Source of the DNA: Azonexus sp.
Lineage (GTDB): Bacteria > Pseudomonadota > Gammaproteobacteria > Burkholderiales > Rhodocyclaceae
NCBI GenBank assembly: GCA_023150235.1
Contig: JAKLLH010000005.1
Coordinates: forward strand, 72,830 to 136,829
Length of the DNA: 64,000 bases
Direction: 5' to 3'
Shown: one piece after another, positions 34,091-46,330 of the stretch
How positions within the stretch are numbered: the stretch's first letter is position 1
How the letters are laid out: the number at the start of each line of letters is the position of its first letter
Position numbers and translations under genes: made by a program
Notes under the pieces: model-generated
What the model saw: the letters and a program-made list of their open reading frames with translations, nothing else
The model's database searches: none
Told to the model about the DNA's origin: nothing

Positions 34091-35143
34091 TCACGGTCGA
34101 CGCGTCGTCAGGAGCAAAAAGGGCAAGGTGAGGAAGGGCCAGAGGCTGGCGACGACCCGGGTCAGACCGTTGAAATTGAGAAAATGGCCTTGTTGCCAGA
34201 CGGCCAGCGCGGCTTGCGAATAAGGGTTGGGCGGGGCCAGGTTGACCAGTACGCTGCCGGCCATCAGCGCCAGTCCGGCGAGCATCAGGCGCGCCGTCGC
34301 CGGTAGTGCCAGGGCAATGGCCAGAACCAGGCCGGCAACAGGCAATCCGAGGCGGACGCCCGGTGTCAGCCAGCTCAAGGCTTCCGCCGGGCTGATCAGG
34401 ATCGCCGCCGCCAGGCTGCGGATGAGCAGGCCGAGCAGGAGGAAGAGTGGCACCACGAGGTAGGCGGCGGCGAGACGGGCGCAGAGCTGGCGGACCAACA
34501 GACCGACGGCGACGGCGTTGAAACTGACGATACTGGCTTCGATCAGCACGAAGCTCTCGGCGGCAAAGGGCATCGCGGTGCCGAGACCGAGCATCTGGCG
34601 CAGGTCGCCGGCACCGAAGAGCAGAATTTCCGGCGACAGCGGCAGCAGTAGCCACAGGCCGAGCAGGGTCAGGCCGAGTTCGGCATGTGCGACCGGGGCC
34701 AGCAGCTTTTGCTCGAAGGCGAGCAGGTGGGCCAGCACGCGCGGGCCGAGATAGACCGCGAGCAGCGCGCCGAGCAGGCTGCCCAGGCCATTGCAGGCAA
34801 GATCGACATTGGAAGGAACGCGCGACGGTAGCCAGGTTTGCAGTGCTTCGAGACTGGCGCTGAGCAGCATTCCGAACAGTGTCGCCAGCAGTAGGGCGGT
34901 ATGGCGCCAGCGCAGCGTCGACAGCCCGAGGGTCAGGAAAAAGCCGAGCGGCAGGTAGACCGCGACGTTGGCGACCAGGTCGAAAGCGGTCCAGTAGCGC
35001 GGCCAGCCGCCTTCGAGGAAGGCCAGCGGTGAAATGCCGGTGCTGCGCCAGCCGGTGAACGGGTGCAGGCTGGCGTAGACGATCAATACGCACCAGACCA
35101 GCGCCGAGTAGCGGGCGAGGCGCAGCGGGCTGTGGGAATTCAT
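34091..35143 (-). CDS. VanZ-family membrane protein
   Basis: NVAVYLPLG, SASLEALQTWLPSRVPSNVDL. Confidence 0.85.
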   Translation of the reverse strand: MNSHSPLRLARYSALVWCVLIVYASLHPFTGWRSTGISPLAFLEGGWPRYWTAFDLVANVAVYLPLGFFLTLGLSTLRWRHTALLLATLFGMLLSASLEALQTWLPSRVPSNVDLACNGLGSLLGALLAVYLGPRVLAHLLAFEQKLLAPVAHAELGLTLLGLWLLLPLSPEILLFGAGDLRQMLGLGTAMPFAAESFVLIEASIVSFNAVAVGLLVRQLCARLAAAYLVVPLFLLLGLLIRSLAAAILISPAEALSWLTPGVRLGLPVAGLVLAIALALPATARLMLAGLALMAGSVLVNLAPPNPYSQAALAVWQQGHFLNFNGLTRVVASLWPFLTLPFLLLTTRRP

Positions 35144-35149
35144 CTCGCC

Positions 35150-36637
35150 TTACGGGTGCGGCGGCACATGGTGGGTTTCGGCGGCGGCGCGATGGTGCAG
35201 CGCGTCGTGAATGTTCTCGACCGGCGTCGGCCGGCCGACCCATTGCGGCAGCAGCGAACCGGCAAACATCCCGATGAAGGAAACGCCGAGGCCGATCAGC
35301 TGCGGCGGCACCAGGCTGGCCTCGCCGATCAGAACTTCAACCAGCAGCCACGAGCAGAGGCCGCCGAGGGTCGCCGCCAGCGCGCCCTGGGTGGTCGCGC
35401 GCGACCAGTAGGCGCCGATCACCAGCGGCACGAAGGCGCCGGCCAGGGTGATCTTGTAGGCGTTTTCGACCATTTTGAAAATGCTGGCATTGGAGTACAA
35501 CGCGAAGGCCAGCACCAGCAGCGCGAAACCGACGATCGAGGCACGCATGACCCAGAGGAAGCGGTGATCGCTCATCTGCGGCATGAAGCCGCGCACGATG
35601 TTTTCGGAAAAAGCGACCGACGGTGCCAGCAGCGTCGCCGAGGAGCAGCTCATCACCGCCGAGAGCACCGCGCCGAAGAAGATCGCCTGCGCGAACACCG
35701 GCGTCTGCTGCAGGACCAGCAGCGGCAGGATCAATTGCGAGTCGGTCTGCAACAGGCCGTTGAATTGCTCCGGGTCGATCAGCGTCGCCGAGTAGGCGAT
35801 GAACATCGGCACGAAGGCAAAGCAGAAATAGGTGACGCCGCCGAGCACCGAGCCCCAGATCGCGATTTTTGCGGTACGCGCCGAGGTCACGCGCTGGAAC
35901 ACGTCCTGCTGCGGGATCGAGCCGAGCATCATGGTCAGCCAGGCGCCAAGGAAGGCGACCCATTGCCGCGGGTCGGGTGGTGGAAAGAAGTCGAGCTTGC
36001 CGGCGGCGTCGGCGTGCTCGATCACTGCCATGGCGCCGCCGGTCTGGCCGGAGATGAACCAGGCGATGAACAGCATGCCGCCCATGATGATCCCCATTTG
36101 CACGAAATCGAGGATCGCCACCGAGAGCATGCCGCCGAAGGTGGTGTAGGTGAGGACGATGGCGGCGCCGAGAATCATCCCGGCGGTCGGGCTGATCGCG
36201 CCGTCGGTGACGACGCTGAAGACCAGGCCGAGCGCCTTGATCTGGGCCGCGACCCAGCCGAGGTAGGAGACCACGATGCAGAGTGTGGTCAGCACTTCGA
36301 CCGTGCGGTTGTAGCGCAGGCGGAAGAAGTCGCCCAGCGTCAGCACGTTCATCTTGTACAGCTTGGTGGCGAAGAAAATGCCGCCGAGGATCAGGCACAG
36401 CGAGGAGCCGAAGGGGTCGGCGACGACGCCGCGCAGGCCTTCCTTGACGAAGGTCGCCGAGACGCCGAAGACCGCTTCGGCGCCGAACCAGGTGGCGAAC
36501 ACCGTGGCAGTGACGACCGGTAACGGCAGGTGGCGACCGGCCACCGCGAAATCCTTGGTGCTATGCACGCGCGTTGCGGCAAACAGGCCGATGCCGATGG
36601 AGACGAGCAGGTATAGAGCGACGAACCAGATCAGCAT
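35150..36637 (-). CDS. Sodium:solute symporter
   Basis: DFAVAGR, ATWFG, GGMLSV, QDVFQR, AVMS. Confidence 0.92.
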   Translation of the reverse strand: MLIWFVALYLLVSIGIGLFAATRVHSTKDFAVAGRHLPLPVVTATVFATWFGAEAVFGVSATFVKEGLRGVVADPFGSSLCLILGGIFFATKLYKMNVLTLGDFFRLRYNRTVEVLTTLCIVVSYLGWVAAQIKALGLVFSVVTDGAISPTAGMILGAAIVLTYTTFGGMLSVAILDFVQMGIIMGGMLFIAWFISGQTGGAMAVIEHADAAGKLDFFPPPDPRQWVAFLGAWLTMMLGSIPQQDVFQRVTSARTAKIAIWGSVLGGVTYFCFAFVPMFIAYSATLIDPEQFNGLLQTDSQLILPLLVLQQTPVFAQAIFFGAVLSAVMSCSSATLLAPSVAFSENIVRGFMPQMSDHRFLWVMRASIVGFALLVLAFALYSNASIFKMVENAYKITLAGAFVPLVIGAYWSRATTQGALAATLGGLCSWLLVEVLIGEASLVPPQLIGLGVSFIGMFAGSLLPQWVGRPTPVENIHDALHHRAAAETHHVPPHP

Positions 36638-36719
36638 GGCGGTGCGGAAAGCGCGGGCAAGGGGTTGAAAACGCGGGGATTATACGGGGATTGCCGGGGC
36701 GCGCGCGGGGCTCGCCGGT

Positions 36720-37394
36720 TCAGAACGGCGGGGGTGAGGAAAATTGGAGCTTTTCCACGGTCGACGGGTGAAAAAAGGAAATTTGGCTGGCGTGCAGCAG
36801 CAGGCGCGGCGCACGATCGACGGCTGCACCGGCGTACAGGTCGTCGCCGAGAATCGGGTGGCCGAGTGCCGCCAGATGCACGCGCAACTGGTGCGAGCGG
36901 CCGGTGATCGGCTCCAGTTCGACCCGCGTGCAGTCGGCGGCGGGGTCGCGGGCAAGCACCCGGAAATGCGTCAGCGACGGCTTGCCGATCGCGAAGTCGA
37001 CCATCTGCCGCGGCCGCCTGGGCCAGTCGCAGATCAGCGGCAGGTCGATGCTGCCGCTGTCGTCGCGCAGCAGGCCGGCGACCACCGCGATATAGCGCTT
37101 GTCCACCAGGCGCTCGCGGAACTGTCGCGACAGCTCGCTGTGCGCCGCCTTGCCGCGGGCCAGCACGAGCAGGCCGGAGGTCGCCATGTCGAGCCGGTGC
37201 ACGGCCAGCGCATCGTCCAGGCCCTGCCGGTGCAGCCGGGTGATCAGGCAATCCTGGCGCGCTTCGCCGCGCCCCGGTACCGACAGCAGGCCTGAAGGCT
37301 TGTCGACGACCAGCAGGGTGGCGTCGCAAAACAGCGGTGGTGTCCCGTCGTCCGGGGGCGGGAGGTAGGGGGTGGCGGGCGGAGAATTCAGCAT
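36720..37394 (-). CDS. rluA: RluA-family pseudouridine synthase
   Basis: KPSGLLSVPG, HRLDMATSG, TGRSHQLRVH, GHPILGD; start moved to ATG 37394. Confidence 0.9.
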   Translation of the reverse strand: MLNSPPATPYLPPPDDGTPPLFCDATLLVVDKPSGLLSVPGRGEARQDCLITRLHRQGLDDALAVHRLDMATSGLLVLARGKAAHSELSRQFRERLVDKRYIAVVAGLLRDDSGSIDLPLICDWPRRPRQMVDFAIGKPSLTHFRVLARDPAADCTRVELEPITGRSHQLRVHLAALGHPILGDDLYAGAAVDRAPRLLLHASQISFFHPSTVEKLQFSSPPPF

Positions 37395-37563
37395 GGATGC
37401 GATTCTGCCACAGGGGGCGCGGTGGCTTGGCGGAGGAAAAATACGGTCGACGGCAATAAATGGCGATTTTCGGCGTCGACCGTGGCAGCGGCCGGGATGC
37501 CAGCAGATTTGCCGGTACCGCAGTGCAAGCAAACAACTTGCCAAAAGAGTACTAATCCATGTA

Positions 37564-37579
37564 CTGTAAATATCAACAG
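37564..37579. promoter_or_regulatory. LexA (SOS) box upstream of recA
   Basis: CTGTAAATATCAACAG. Confidence 0.9.
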
Positions 37580-37683
37580 TATCCGGTTGCGGCGGCCGAT
37601 GGCTGGTTTCAGTGGTTGTCTGCAATTTCTGTTCCATCTTCGGCCCCTGTGCCATAATTCCGACAAATTTCCGAGGTATTCCC

Positions 37684-38704
<1,021 letters not shown>

Positions 38705-38712
<8 letters not shown>

Positions 38713-39139
38713 CCTGCGCGTGCGCGCCCTGCAGTTGCTGACCCGGCGTGAATACAGCCGGGCGGCGTTGAGAAGCAAGCTGGCCGCGCACGCCGAATCG
38801 GAAGAAGAACTCACTGCCGTGCTCGATACCCTGCAAGCCGAACGATTGCTGTCCGACCAGCGCTATGCTGCGGCGCGGGTGATGGCGCGTGGCAGCCGCT
38901 ACGGCGATGCCCGGCTGCGCCAGGAATTGCGGCAGCAGGGTGTGGCCGACGCTGAAATTGCCGCCGCCCTGCCCGAGGCCGGCGACGAAGGCGAGCGTTG
39001 CCGCCAGGTCTGGCAGCGCAAGTTCGCGGCCTTGCCGATGACTCCCGAGGAACGGGCAAAGCAACTGCGCTTCCTGCAGTACCGGGGTTTTTCAGGCGCG
39101 GCCATCCGCCGCGTCTTGCGCGGAGATGACGAATCATGA
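38705..39139 (+). CDS. recX: Regulatory protein RecX
   Basis: [23 protein letters not shown]; overlaps the recA stop. Confidence 0.93.
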
Positions 39140-39867
39140 GTAGCAACGCCCGCCTGTCGGCCCATAACCTGAAGAAACGTTACAAGGCGCGCACCGTCGT
39201 CGAGGACGTTTCCTTCAATGTTGGCGCCGGCGAGGTGGTGGGCTTGCTCGGCCCGAACGGTGCCGGCAAAACGACCTGTTTTTACATGATCGTCGGTCTG
39301 GTCGCCTCCGACGGCGGCGAGGTCTACATCGACGATGAGCGCCTGACGCATCTGCCGATGCACCGGCGGGCCCAGCAGGGCGTGTCCTACCTGCCGCAGG
39401 AAGCCTCGGTCTTCCGCAAGCTCAACGTCGAGGAAAACATCCGTGCCATCCTCGAACTGCTCAAGCTGCCGGTGAGCGAGGTCGATGCCCGGCTGGAAAG
39501 CCTGCTCGGCGAACTGCACATCGGCCATGTCCGCCATGTCAATGCCGCCGCGCTCTCGGGTGGCGAGCGCCGGCGCGTCGAAATTGCCCGGGCATTGGCG
39601 ACCAATCCGCGCTTCATTCTGCTCGACGAGCCTTTTGCCGGGGTCGACCCGATCGCGGTCCTGGAAATCCAGAAAATCATCCGCTTCCTGAAGGAGCGCG
39701 GGATCGGCGTGCTGATCACCGACCACAACGTGCGCGAGACCCTGGGGATCTGCGATCACGCCTACATCATCAACGCCGGCCATGTCCTCGCCTCTGGACG
39801 TCCGGACGAAATCGTCGATAATGAAAGCGTACGCAAGGTCTACCTCGGCGAGCACTTCCGCCTCTGA
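39136..39867 (+). CDS. lptB: LPS export ABC ATPase
   Basis: [39 protein letters not shown]. Confidence 0.96.
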   Translation: MSSNARLSAHNLKKRYKARTVVEDVSFNVGAGEVVGLLGPNGAGKTTCFYMIVGLVASDGGEVYIDDERLTHLPMHRRAQQGVSYLPQEASVFRKLNVEENIRAILELLKLPVSEVDARLESLLGELHIGHVRHVNAAALSGGERRRVEIARALATNPRFILLDEPFAGVDPIAVLEIQKIIRFLKERGIGVLITDHNVRETLGICDHAYIINAGHVLASGRPDEIVDNESVRKVYLGEHFRL

Positions 39868-39897
39868 CGCACCCAGGCCCGGAAAACCGCAGCAACA

Positions 39898-41367
39898 ATG
39901 AAGCCCGCCCTCCAGCTCAAACTTTCCCAGCATCTGGCCCTGACGCCGCAACTGCAACAGTCGATCAAGCTGTTGCAATTGTCGACGATCGAGATGCAGC
40001 AGGAAATCGAGCGCTACTTGCTCGAAAATCCGATGCTTGAGCGGGACGACGAGGTGCCGGAGTCCTTTGCCGGTGCGCAGGCCTTCGATAGCCCCTTCAA
40101 GCAGCAGGAATCCGGTAGCGAGGAAGCGCGGAGCGAGGCCCCGCCGGCCGGTGAGGAACGCGACGGCGAAGCGCCGGCGACCCCGGCCGACGTCGACGAC
40201 GACCGCTGGTCCAGCGATGCCGGCACCTACAGCGGTGCCGGGCGCGACGAGGACGACGATAGCGATACCCAGGACATCCACGCGGCGACGATCAGTTTGC
40301 GCGATCACCTCGGTTGGCAACTGGGGATGACCCAGTTGTCGCAGCGCGACCGTTCGCTGGTGCGCTTCCTGATCGAGGCACTGGACGACGACGGTTACCT
40401 GTCGACGCCGCTGATCGAACTCTGGGAAACGCTGCCGCCCGAATACGAAATCGAGCTGGAAGAGCTCGAAATCGCGCTCAAGCACATCCAGAATTTCGAT
40501 CCGACCGGGATCGGCGCGCGCTCACCGCAGGAGTGTCTGGCCCTGCAACTGCGCGCCCGGCCCGATAGTCGACCGGAAGGCAAACTTGCCTTGCGCATCG
40601 TCGAGCAGCATCTGGAGTTGCTGGCGGCGCGCGATTTCTCGCGACTGAAGCGACTGACCGGTGCCGACGATGCCGATCTGAAAGCGGCGCACGCCCTGAT
40701 CGTCAGCCTTGACCCGCGCCCGGGAGCACGTTTCGCCTCGCTCGATGCGCGCTACATCACCCCCGATGTGATCGTCAAAAAACTCAAGGGCAAATGGACG
40801 GCCTACATCAATCCAGATGCCTACCCACGCCTTCGGGTCAATCGTCTGTATGCCGAGATTCTCGCCCAGCAGCGGCGCGGCAACGGCAACCTCAACGGCC
40901 AGCTGCAGGAAGCCCGCTGGCTGATCAAGAATGTGCAGCAGCGCTTCGATACCATCCTGCGGGTCTCGCAGGCGATCGTCGAGCGGCAAAAGCAGTTCTT
41001 CGAGCACGGCGAAGTCGCGATGCGCCCGCTGGTGCTGCGCGAGATTGCCGATATTCTCGATTTACACGAGTCGACCGTGTCGCGGGTGACGACACAGAAA
41101 TTCATGGCGACCCCGCGCGGAATTTTTGAATTGAAATATTTCTTCGGCAGCCATGTATCCACCGATACCGGTGGCGCATGCTCCGCAACCGCCATTCGCG
41201 CGCTGATCAAACAGTTGATCGGCGCCGAGGATGGCAAAAAGCCCTTGTCGGATAGTCAAATATCCGAAATACTAGGCCAGCAGGGAATCGTTGTGGCCAG
41301 ACGCACGGTCGCCAAATACCGCGAGTCGCTCAACATCCCGCCGGTCAATTTACGCAAGACCCTGTAG
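39898..41367 (+). CDS. rpoN: RNA polymerase sigma-54
   Basis: [31 protein letters not shown] RpoN box. Confidence 0.98.
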   Translation: MKPALQLKLSQHLALTPQLQQSIKLLQLSTIEMQQEIERYLLENPMLERDDEVPESFAGAQAFDSPFKQQESGSEEARSEAPPAGEERDGEAPATPADVDDDRWSSDAGTYSGAGRDEDDDSDTQDIHAATISLRDHLGWQLGMTQLSQRDRSLVRFLIEALDDDGYLSTPLIELWETLPPEYEIELEELEIALKHIQNFDPTGIGARSPQECLALQLRARPDSRPEGKLALRIVEQHLELLAARDFSRLKRLTGADDADLKAAHALIVSLDPRPGARFASLDARYITPDVIVKKLKGKWTAYINPDAYPRLRVNRLYAEILAQQRRGNGNLNGQLQEARWLIKNVQQRFDTILRVSQAIVERQKQFFEHGEVAMRPLVLREIADILDLHESTVSRVTTQKFMATPRGIFELKYFFGSHVSTDTGGACSATAIRALIKQLIGAEDGKKPLSDSQISEILGQQGIVVARRTVAKYRESLNIPPVNLRKTL

Positions 41368-41381
41368 AGAGAGGAGAAAAA

Positions 41382-41705
41382 ATGAATCTGCAGATCAGTG
41401 GTCACCACATCGAAGTTACGCCGGCTTTGCGCGAATACGTCGAGAACAAGCTGGATCCCGTCGTTCGTCACTTCGACAAGGTAACGGGTGTGACGGTGGT
41501 TCTGTCCGTCGAGAAGCTCAAGCAGAAGGCCGAAGTGACCATGCACGTCCCGGGCAAGGACCTGCATGTCGAGGAGGCCGGCGACGATCTCTACGCCGCC
41601 ATCGACGCGCTGTTCGACAAGCTCGATCGCCAGGTCCAGAAGCACAAGCAGAAATTGCAGGACCACCACCGCGGCGAGAAGCCCGCATTGCAATCTGCTG
41701 AGTAA
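41382..41705 (+). CDS. hpf: Ribosome hibernation factor
   Basis: [23 protein letters not shown]. Confidence 0.95.
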   Translation: MNLQISGHHIEVTPALREYVENKLDPVVRHFDKVTGVTVVLSVEKLKQKAEVTMHVPGKDLHVEEAGDDLYAAIDALFDKLDRQVQKHKQKLQDHHRGEKPALQSAE

Positions 41706-41765
41706 GCACTTGCTGGCCGTCGCCCCACTCCACTCCGGGGCGCGGCCTTTGTTTCGCCTTTTCCT

Positions 41766-42212
41766 ATGAATCCCCTGAACAACATCCTGTCTGTCGACCG
41801 TGTCGTCCTCGATCTCGAGGCCACCAGCAAAAAGCGGGTCTTCGAGCAGGCGGGGCAGCTTTTCGAGTCGCACCTGGGTATTGCCCGTGCGCAGATATTC
41901 GATAGCCTCTTCGCCCGCGAAAAGCTGGGTTCGACCGGTATCGGCCAGGGCATCGCGATCCCGCATGGCCGTATCAAGGGCCTCAAGCAGGCAGCGGGTG
42001 CCTTTTTCCGCCTTGCCAGCCCGGTTCCCTTCGATTCACCCGATGGACGCCCGGTCAGCCTGCTCTTTGTCCTGCTCGTTCCCGAGCAGGCCACCGAGGA
42101 GCATCTGCAAATCCTCTCGGAACTGGCTCAGCGTTTTGCCGAGCGCAATTTCCGCGACGCCTTGATGGCTGCCGGCGACATCGAGGCCGTTCTGCAGCTT
42201 TTCGCCACCTGA
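41766..42212 (+). CDS. ptsN: PTS EIIA(Ntr)
   Basis: REKLGSTGIGQGIAIPHGR. Confidence 0.95.
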   Translation: MNPLNNILSVDRVVLDLEATSKKRVFEQAGQLFESHLGIARAQIFDSLFAREKLGSTGIGQGIAIPHGRIKGLKQAAGAFFRLASPVPFDSPDGRPVSLLFVLLVPEQATEEHLQILSELAQRFAERNFRDALMAAGDIEAVLQLFAT

Positions 42213-42219
42213 GAACAAC

Positions 42220-43155
42220 GTGCGCCACATCAGCCTGATTCAACTCTACAAGGACAATCGCGAAAAGCTGATGTTCTCTTGGCTGCTGGCCGAGAACAAC
42301 GACCGCCGTATCGAAATCAAGGAGTCGAACAATTACGGTGCCGATGTGGTCGGCCACATCAACATCATTCATCCCGAACGCCTGCAGGTGATGGGCAAGG
42401 CCGAATACGACTGGGCCTGCCGTATCGGAGAACGGCGTTTCGGTCAGATGCTCAACGATCTGCTGGCCGCGCAGCCGCCGGCGGTGATCGTCGCCGACGG
42501 CCTGACGCCGCCAGACATGCTGTTCGAGGGCTGTACCCGCACCAACACACCGATGCTGCTTTCACCCAAGCATTGTTCCGGGGTGATCGACCTGCTGCGC
42601 ATTTACCTCTCGGCCCGCCTGGCCGACACGATCAGCCTGCACGGCGTATTCATGGATGTTTTCGGCATGGGCGTGCTGATTACCGGTGATTCCGGCGTCG
42701 GCAAATCCGAGCTGGCCCTGGAACTGATTTCCCGAGGGCATGGCCTGGTGGCCGACGATGTGGTCGAAATGGGGCGGATCGCACCGACCACCATCGAAGG
42801 TCGTTGCCCTGGCATGCTGCGTGATTTTCTCGAGGTGCGCGGCCTGGGCTTGCTGAACATTCGCACCATCTTCGGAGAAACCGCTTCGCGGCGGAAGATG
42901 AAGCTGAAGCTGATCGTTCACCTGCAGAGAAGCGCACACCAGGGCGATGCCCCCCGTCTGCCGCTCGATGCCCAGACTCAGGAGGTGCTTGGCGTTCCCG
43001 TGCGCAAGGTGGTGATTCCGGTCGCTGCCGGCCGCAACCTTGCCGTACTGCTTGAAGCGGCGGTGCGCAATACCATCCTGCAATTGCGCGGTATCGACAG
43101 CATGCAGGACTTCATGGAACGTCAGCAGCGAATGATGCTTGACGAGGATGTGTGA
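42220..43155 (+). CDS. hprK: HPr kinase/phosphorylase
   Basis: LHGVFMDV, GDSGVGKSE, LVADD, LEVRGLG, GRNLAVL. Confidence 0.96.
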   Translation: MRHISLIQLYKDNREKLMFSWLLAENNDRRIEIKESNNYGADVVGHINIIHPERLQVMGKAEYDWACRIGERRFGQMLNDLLAAQPPAVIVADGLTPPDMLFEGCTRTNTPMLLSPKHCSGVIDLLRIYLSARLADTISLHGVFMDVFGMGVLITGDSGVGKSELALELISRGHGLVADDVVEMGRIAPTTIEGRCPGMLRDFLEVRGLGLLNIRTIFGETASRRKMKLKLIVHLQRSAHQGDAPRLPLDAQTQEVLGVPVRKVVIPVAAGRNLAVLLEAAVRNTILQLRGIDSMQDFMERQQRMMLDEDV

Positions 43156-43316
43156 AGCCGCGATAGTCGGCTCGCGCTCCCTTGCCGGGGCTGCTTTTGA
43201 TGCAGATGATGGAGAGCGGCGAGCAGATGCTCCCTTCCGCTCCTGACCTCCGCCTCCGTATTGAAACCGTTTTTTCCAGCTGCAATCCGTTTGCGATCCA
43301 TTTTCGGGAGACTACG

Positions 43317-43580
43317 ATGAAAAAAACCGCATGCTTGTTTCTGCTCGCTTTCGCTGCCGGGTCTGCCTTGGCTATTGACGATTGTGAGTCGCGTGCCGCA
43401 GAGAAAAAACTTGCCGGCGCCGCCAAGACCAGTTTTTTGAAGAAGTGCCAGACTGACTTTCGGGCAACGCCGGAATTCGCAGCTTGCGAACAGAAGGCCG
43501 GTGAGAAGAAATTGGCTGGCGCCGCACGCAACAGCTTCATGAAGAAGTGCGTACATGACACACAAGCCGGCAGCAGGTAA
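43317..43580 (+). CDS. Exported PsiF-repeat protein
   Basis: Signal peptide plus two C-x3-A-x2-KKLAGAA-x-(T/N)SF-x-KKC repeats; GGAG SD. Confidence 0.8.
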   Translation: MKKTACLFLLAFAAGSALAIDDCESRAAEKKLAGAAKTSFLKKCQTDFRATPEFAACEQKAGEKKLAGAARNSFMKKCVHDTQAGSR

Positions 43581-43669
43581 GCAGCCCGGCTTATTGGCCG
43601 GGTGACTTCGGTGCGGCTCACCGGCGGCGGCTTGCGCCGGGGAGTTGGCCGCTCGATAGGGGGCGGTGC

Positions 43670-45268
43670 CTAAAGGTGGCCACCCGCTCCTTGTTCTTCA
43701 CCCTCGACGCCCGTTTGCTCAGTTTTTTCGCCCTTCTCCGGGCGCAGTGCGTAACGCACGAAATCGCAGCCGCGTTCGAGAAGCTCGACGGGAAAAACCA
43801 GGCCCAGCGTCTGATCATCCAGCGCCACGGCCTGGCCGGAGCGAAGCGCCAGCGTCGGCGGCAGGATTATTTGCCGCAGGTCGTCCTGTTGCAGCAGAAA
43901 AACCGCCTGTCGGGGCGTGCGCACCTCCTGCGGTGAGCGGGCCAGCGCCAGCGCCGACGGTAGCCCGGGAAACCACTGCACACTGGCACGCAAACTACCA
44001 TCGTCGAGCATTTCCAGTCCGCTCAGGCAGCCCAGACGCGGCGATCCGCCGAGGCGGCAGGCAAGCAGGCTGCCGACGGCATGCCTGACCGGTGTCTGTC
44101 CGGCTGGACGCAGTAGATAGGGATCGTCCGCCCGCCAGGTTTCACCCGGCACTTCAAGGCGGCTGACCGCGTGCGAAAGCTGTGAAACCCGGTCGAAGCC
44201 AAACATTCCAAGCCGTTGGTGTGCCAGGCGTGAAGCCTCAAGGCCGACTTTTTGCGGGTTCAGATAGTGGTCGGTGAGCAGCGCGTAGATGTGCTCGACA
44301 CCAAAAACCAGTGCTACCTCATCTGCGATGCCGCTATTGGCCGGACGGATTCCACTGAGGGCCAGTTCGACTTCGCGCAGCAGCCGCAGGCAGGCACCCA
44401 CCGACAATTCACGGCCGAGCTTCAGGGCTTCCGGGCTTTCTCCCGCACGCAATCCCTCGCTGCGCTGGCGCAGCTTGCGTACGATGCTGCGTACATCGAG
44501 CCAGCGTGGTTTGAGGGCGGGCAGCAAGGGGGGAGGGGCAAAGCGCCCGAGGTCGACCACTCGCGCCCGGGGATCGTCGCCGCGACTCTCCTGCCATTTG
44601 GCCAGCTCGCGCCAGCGGGCAAAGCTGCGGTCGAGCACGTTCAGCTGCAGGATATTGAAGCGCTGCGGCTCCAGCAATCGCCAGAGGAAGGCCCAGGCCA
44701 GATAGCCGCCGGCGCTGGCTGAGCCGAGTTCGGGATGCAGCGGGTCGACGGTAGCCGAGGCTAGTACGCCGGCAGCACGACTGCTGACAAGCAGGGCAAA
44801 CAACTGCTCGTCGAGTGTAACGGGGACCGCATGCCCGGCCTGTACATGGATGAATAGTGTCTGCCGCAGGGCATTGGCGGCACGTTGCAGGGCCAGTGAG
44901 GCCGACTCCGGCTGCAAGGCGGCGAGCTTGCGGCAGAGCAGGGCCAGTCCCAGCCACAGGCGCCTGGAGAGACGAAAGGCTTCCAGCTCGTTGTCGGCCA
45001 GCGGCAGTGGCTTGCGAACGTAGCGTACTGCCGCCGCCTCGCAGCAGGAGAGGGCTGCCGGCCACAGGGTCTCGATCCAGGCCGGCAGCTCGCCGCCATC
45101 GCCGCTCTCCGCCAGCAGGGCATCGCACTGGCTGACCAAGGTGGGTAGAAGAGCCGCATTCTTCCCTCGTTCGGCCAAAAAGGCAGCGGCAGCTTGCGGC
45201 TGGGCAAACGGCGGTGACGCCGGAGGCAGGCCGGGAGGGGTGAAGGGATTGGTCAGGGAGTGGGGCAT
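43670..45268 (-). CDS. Hypothetical protein, weak FimW-like / c-di-GMP effector-like impression
   Basis: 532-aa open frame co-oriented behind pggH; functional guess is low confidence. Confidence 0.6.
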   Translation of the reverse strand: MPHSLTNPFTPPGLPPASPPFAQPQAAAAFLAERGKNAALLPTLVSQCDALLAESGDGGELPAWIETLWPAALSCCEAAAVRYVRKPLPLADNELEAFRLSRRLWLGLALLCRKLAALQPESASLALQRAANALRQTLFIHVQAGHAVPVTLDEQLFALLVSSRAAGVLASATVDPLHPELGSASAGGYLAWAFLWRLLEPQRFNILQLNVLDRSFARWRELAKWQESRGDDPRARVVDLGRFAPPPLLPALKPRWLDVRSIVRKLRQRSEGLRAGESPEALKLGRELSVGACLRLLREVELALSGIRPANSGIADEVALVFGVEHIYALLTDHYLNPQKVGLEASRLAHQRLGMFGFDRVSQLSHAVSRLEVPGETWRADDPYLLRPAGQTPVRHAVGSLLACRLGGSPRLGCLSGLEMLDDGSLRASVQWFPGLPSALALARSPQEVRTPRQAVFLLQQDDLRQIILPPTLALRSGQAVALDDQTLGLVFPVELLERGCDFVRYALRPEKGEKTEQTGVEGEEQGAGGHL

Positions 45269-45323
45269 GCGGATTCCGGCAGCCGCCGCGATCCCGTCTC
45301 GGGAGGCGGCGTGCGCAGCCGTC

Positions 45324-46256
45324 TCAGCCGTCGCTGTTGATCCTGGCGATCAGGGCTTGCAAGGTGGCTTCCGCCTGGTCGTTGGCAACCTGGCAGGTCC
45401 CGGCGGCATGGTGGCCGCCGCCGCCATACTGCAGCATCAGCTCGCCGACGTTGGTGCGGCTGCCGCGGTCGAGAATCGACTTGCCGGTGGCAAATACGGT
45501 GTTCTGCTTCTGCAAGCCCCACATCACGTGGATCGAGATGTTGGTTTCCGGGAACAGCGCGTAGATCATGAAGCGGTTGGTCGCCCAGATCGTTTCTTCT
45601 TCGCGCAGATCGAGCACGGCCAGGTTCTTGTACACCTTGGTGCAACGCTGGATCTGCTCCTTGGCCTTGGCTTCGTGTTCAAAATAGATGTCCACGCGCT
45701 CCTTGACGTCCGGCAGCGCGAGGATGTCTTCGATCCCGTGGTCGCGGCAATACTTGATCAGGTCCATCATCAGCGCGTAGTTGCTGATCCGGAATTCGCG
45801 GAAGCGGCCGAGGCCGGTACGGGCATCCATCAGGTAGTTGAGCAGCGGCCAGCCGGTCGGGTTGAGGATTTCGTCGCGCGAGAATTGCGCGGCGTCACCC
45901 TTGTCCACGGCGTCCATCATGTCGTCGGCGATGCTCGGGAAAGCCTGTTTACCGCCGTAATAGTCATAAACCACGCGGGCCGCCGACGGGGCTTGCGGGT
46001 CGATGATGTGGTTCTTGCGTTCGCCGCTGTTGCGCAGGGTTTCCGACAAATGGTGGTCGAAAGCCAGGTGTGCGGCGGCAACGTAGGGCAGGTTGGTGGT
46101 GATGTCGCGGTCGGTGATCTCGATCTTGCCGTCCTGCATGTCTTTCGGATGCACGAACTTGATGTCGTCGATCAGCTTGAGTTCATTCAGCAGCACGGCG
46201 CAAACCAGGCCGTCGAAGTCGCTGCGGGTGACCAGGCGGAATTTTTCTTGGCTCAT
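45324..46256 (-). CDS. pggH: DHH/DHHA1 phosphoesterase, PggH-like (pGpG phosphodiesterase)
   Basis: RLVTRSDFDGL, HPKDMQDG, FDHH, PSAARVV, GGGGHHAAGTCQ and INSDG end match the recalled V. cholerae PggH. Confidence 0.8.
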   Translation of the reverse strand: MSQEKFRLVTRSDFDGLVCAVLLNELKLIDDIKFVHPKDMQDGKIEITDRDITTNLPYVAAAHLAFDHHLSETLRNSGERKNHIIDPQAPSAARVVYDYYGGKQAFPSIADDMMDAVDKGDAAQFSRDEILNPTGWPLLNYLMDARTGLGRFREFRISNYALMMDLIKYCRDHGIEDILALPDVKERVDIYFEHEAKAKEQIQRCTKVYKNLAVLDLREEETIWATNRFMIYALFPETNISIHVMWGLQKQNTVFATGKSILDRGSRTNVGELMLQYGGGGHHAAGTCQVANDQAEATLQALIARINSDG

Positions 46257-46330
46257 CTTGGGGCTCCAGGCGTTTTTTTGCATTAAAACATATTCCGGGC
46301 GGGCACGTCAGCGCGTGGCCGGAACGAAGG

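Noticed and set aside
43305-43321. GGAGACTACG-ATGAA before the psiF-like gene resembles the element end
   Set aside because: Only TACG plus an ordinary SD match; no hairpins or other element sequence upstream.
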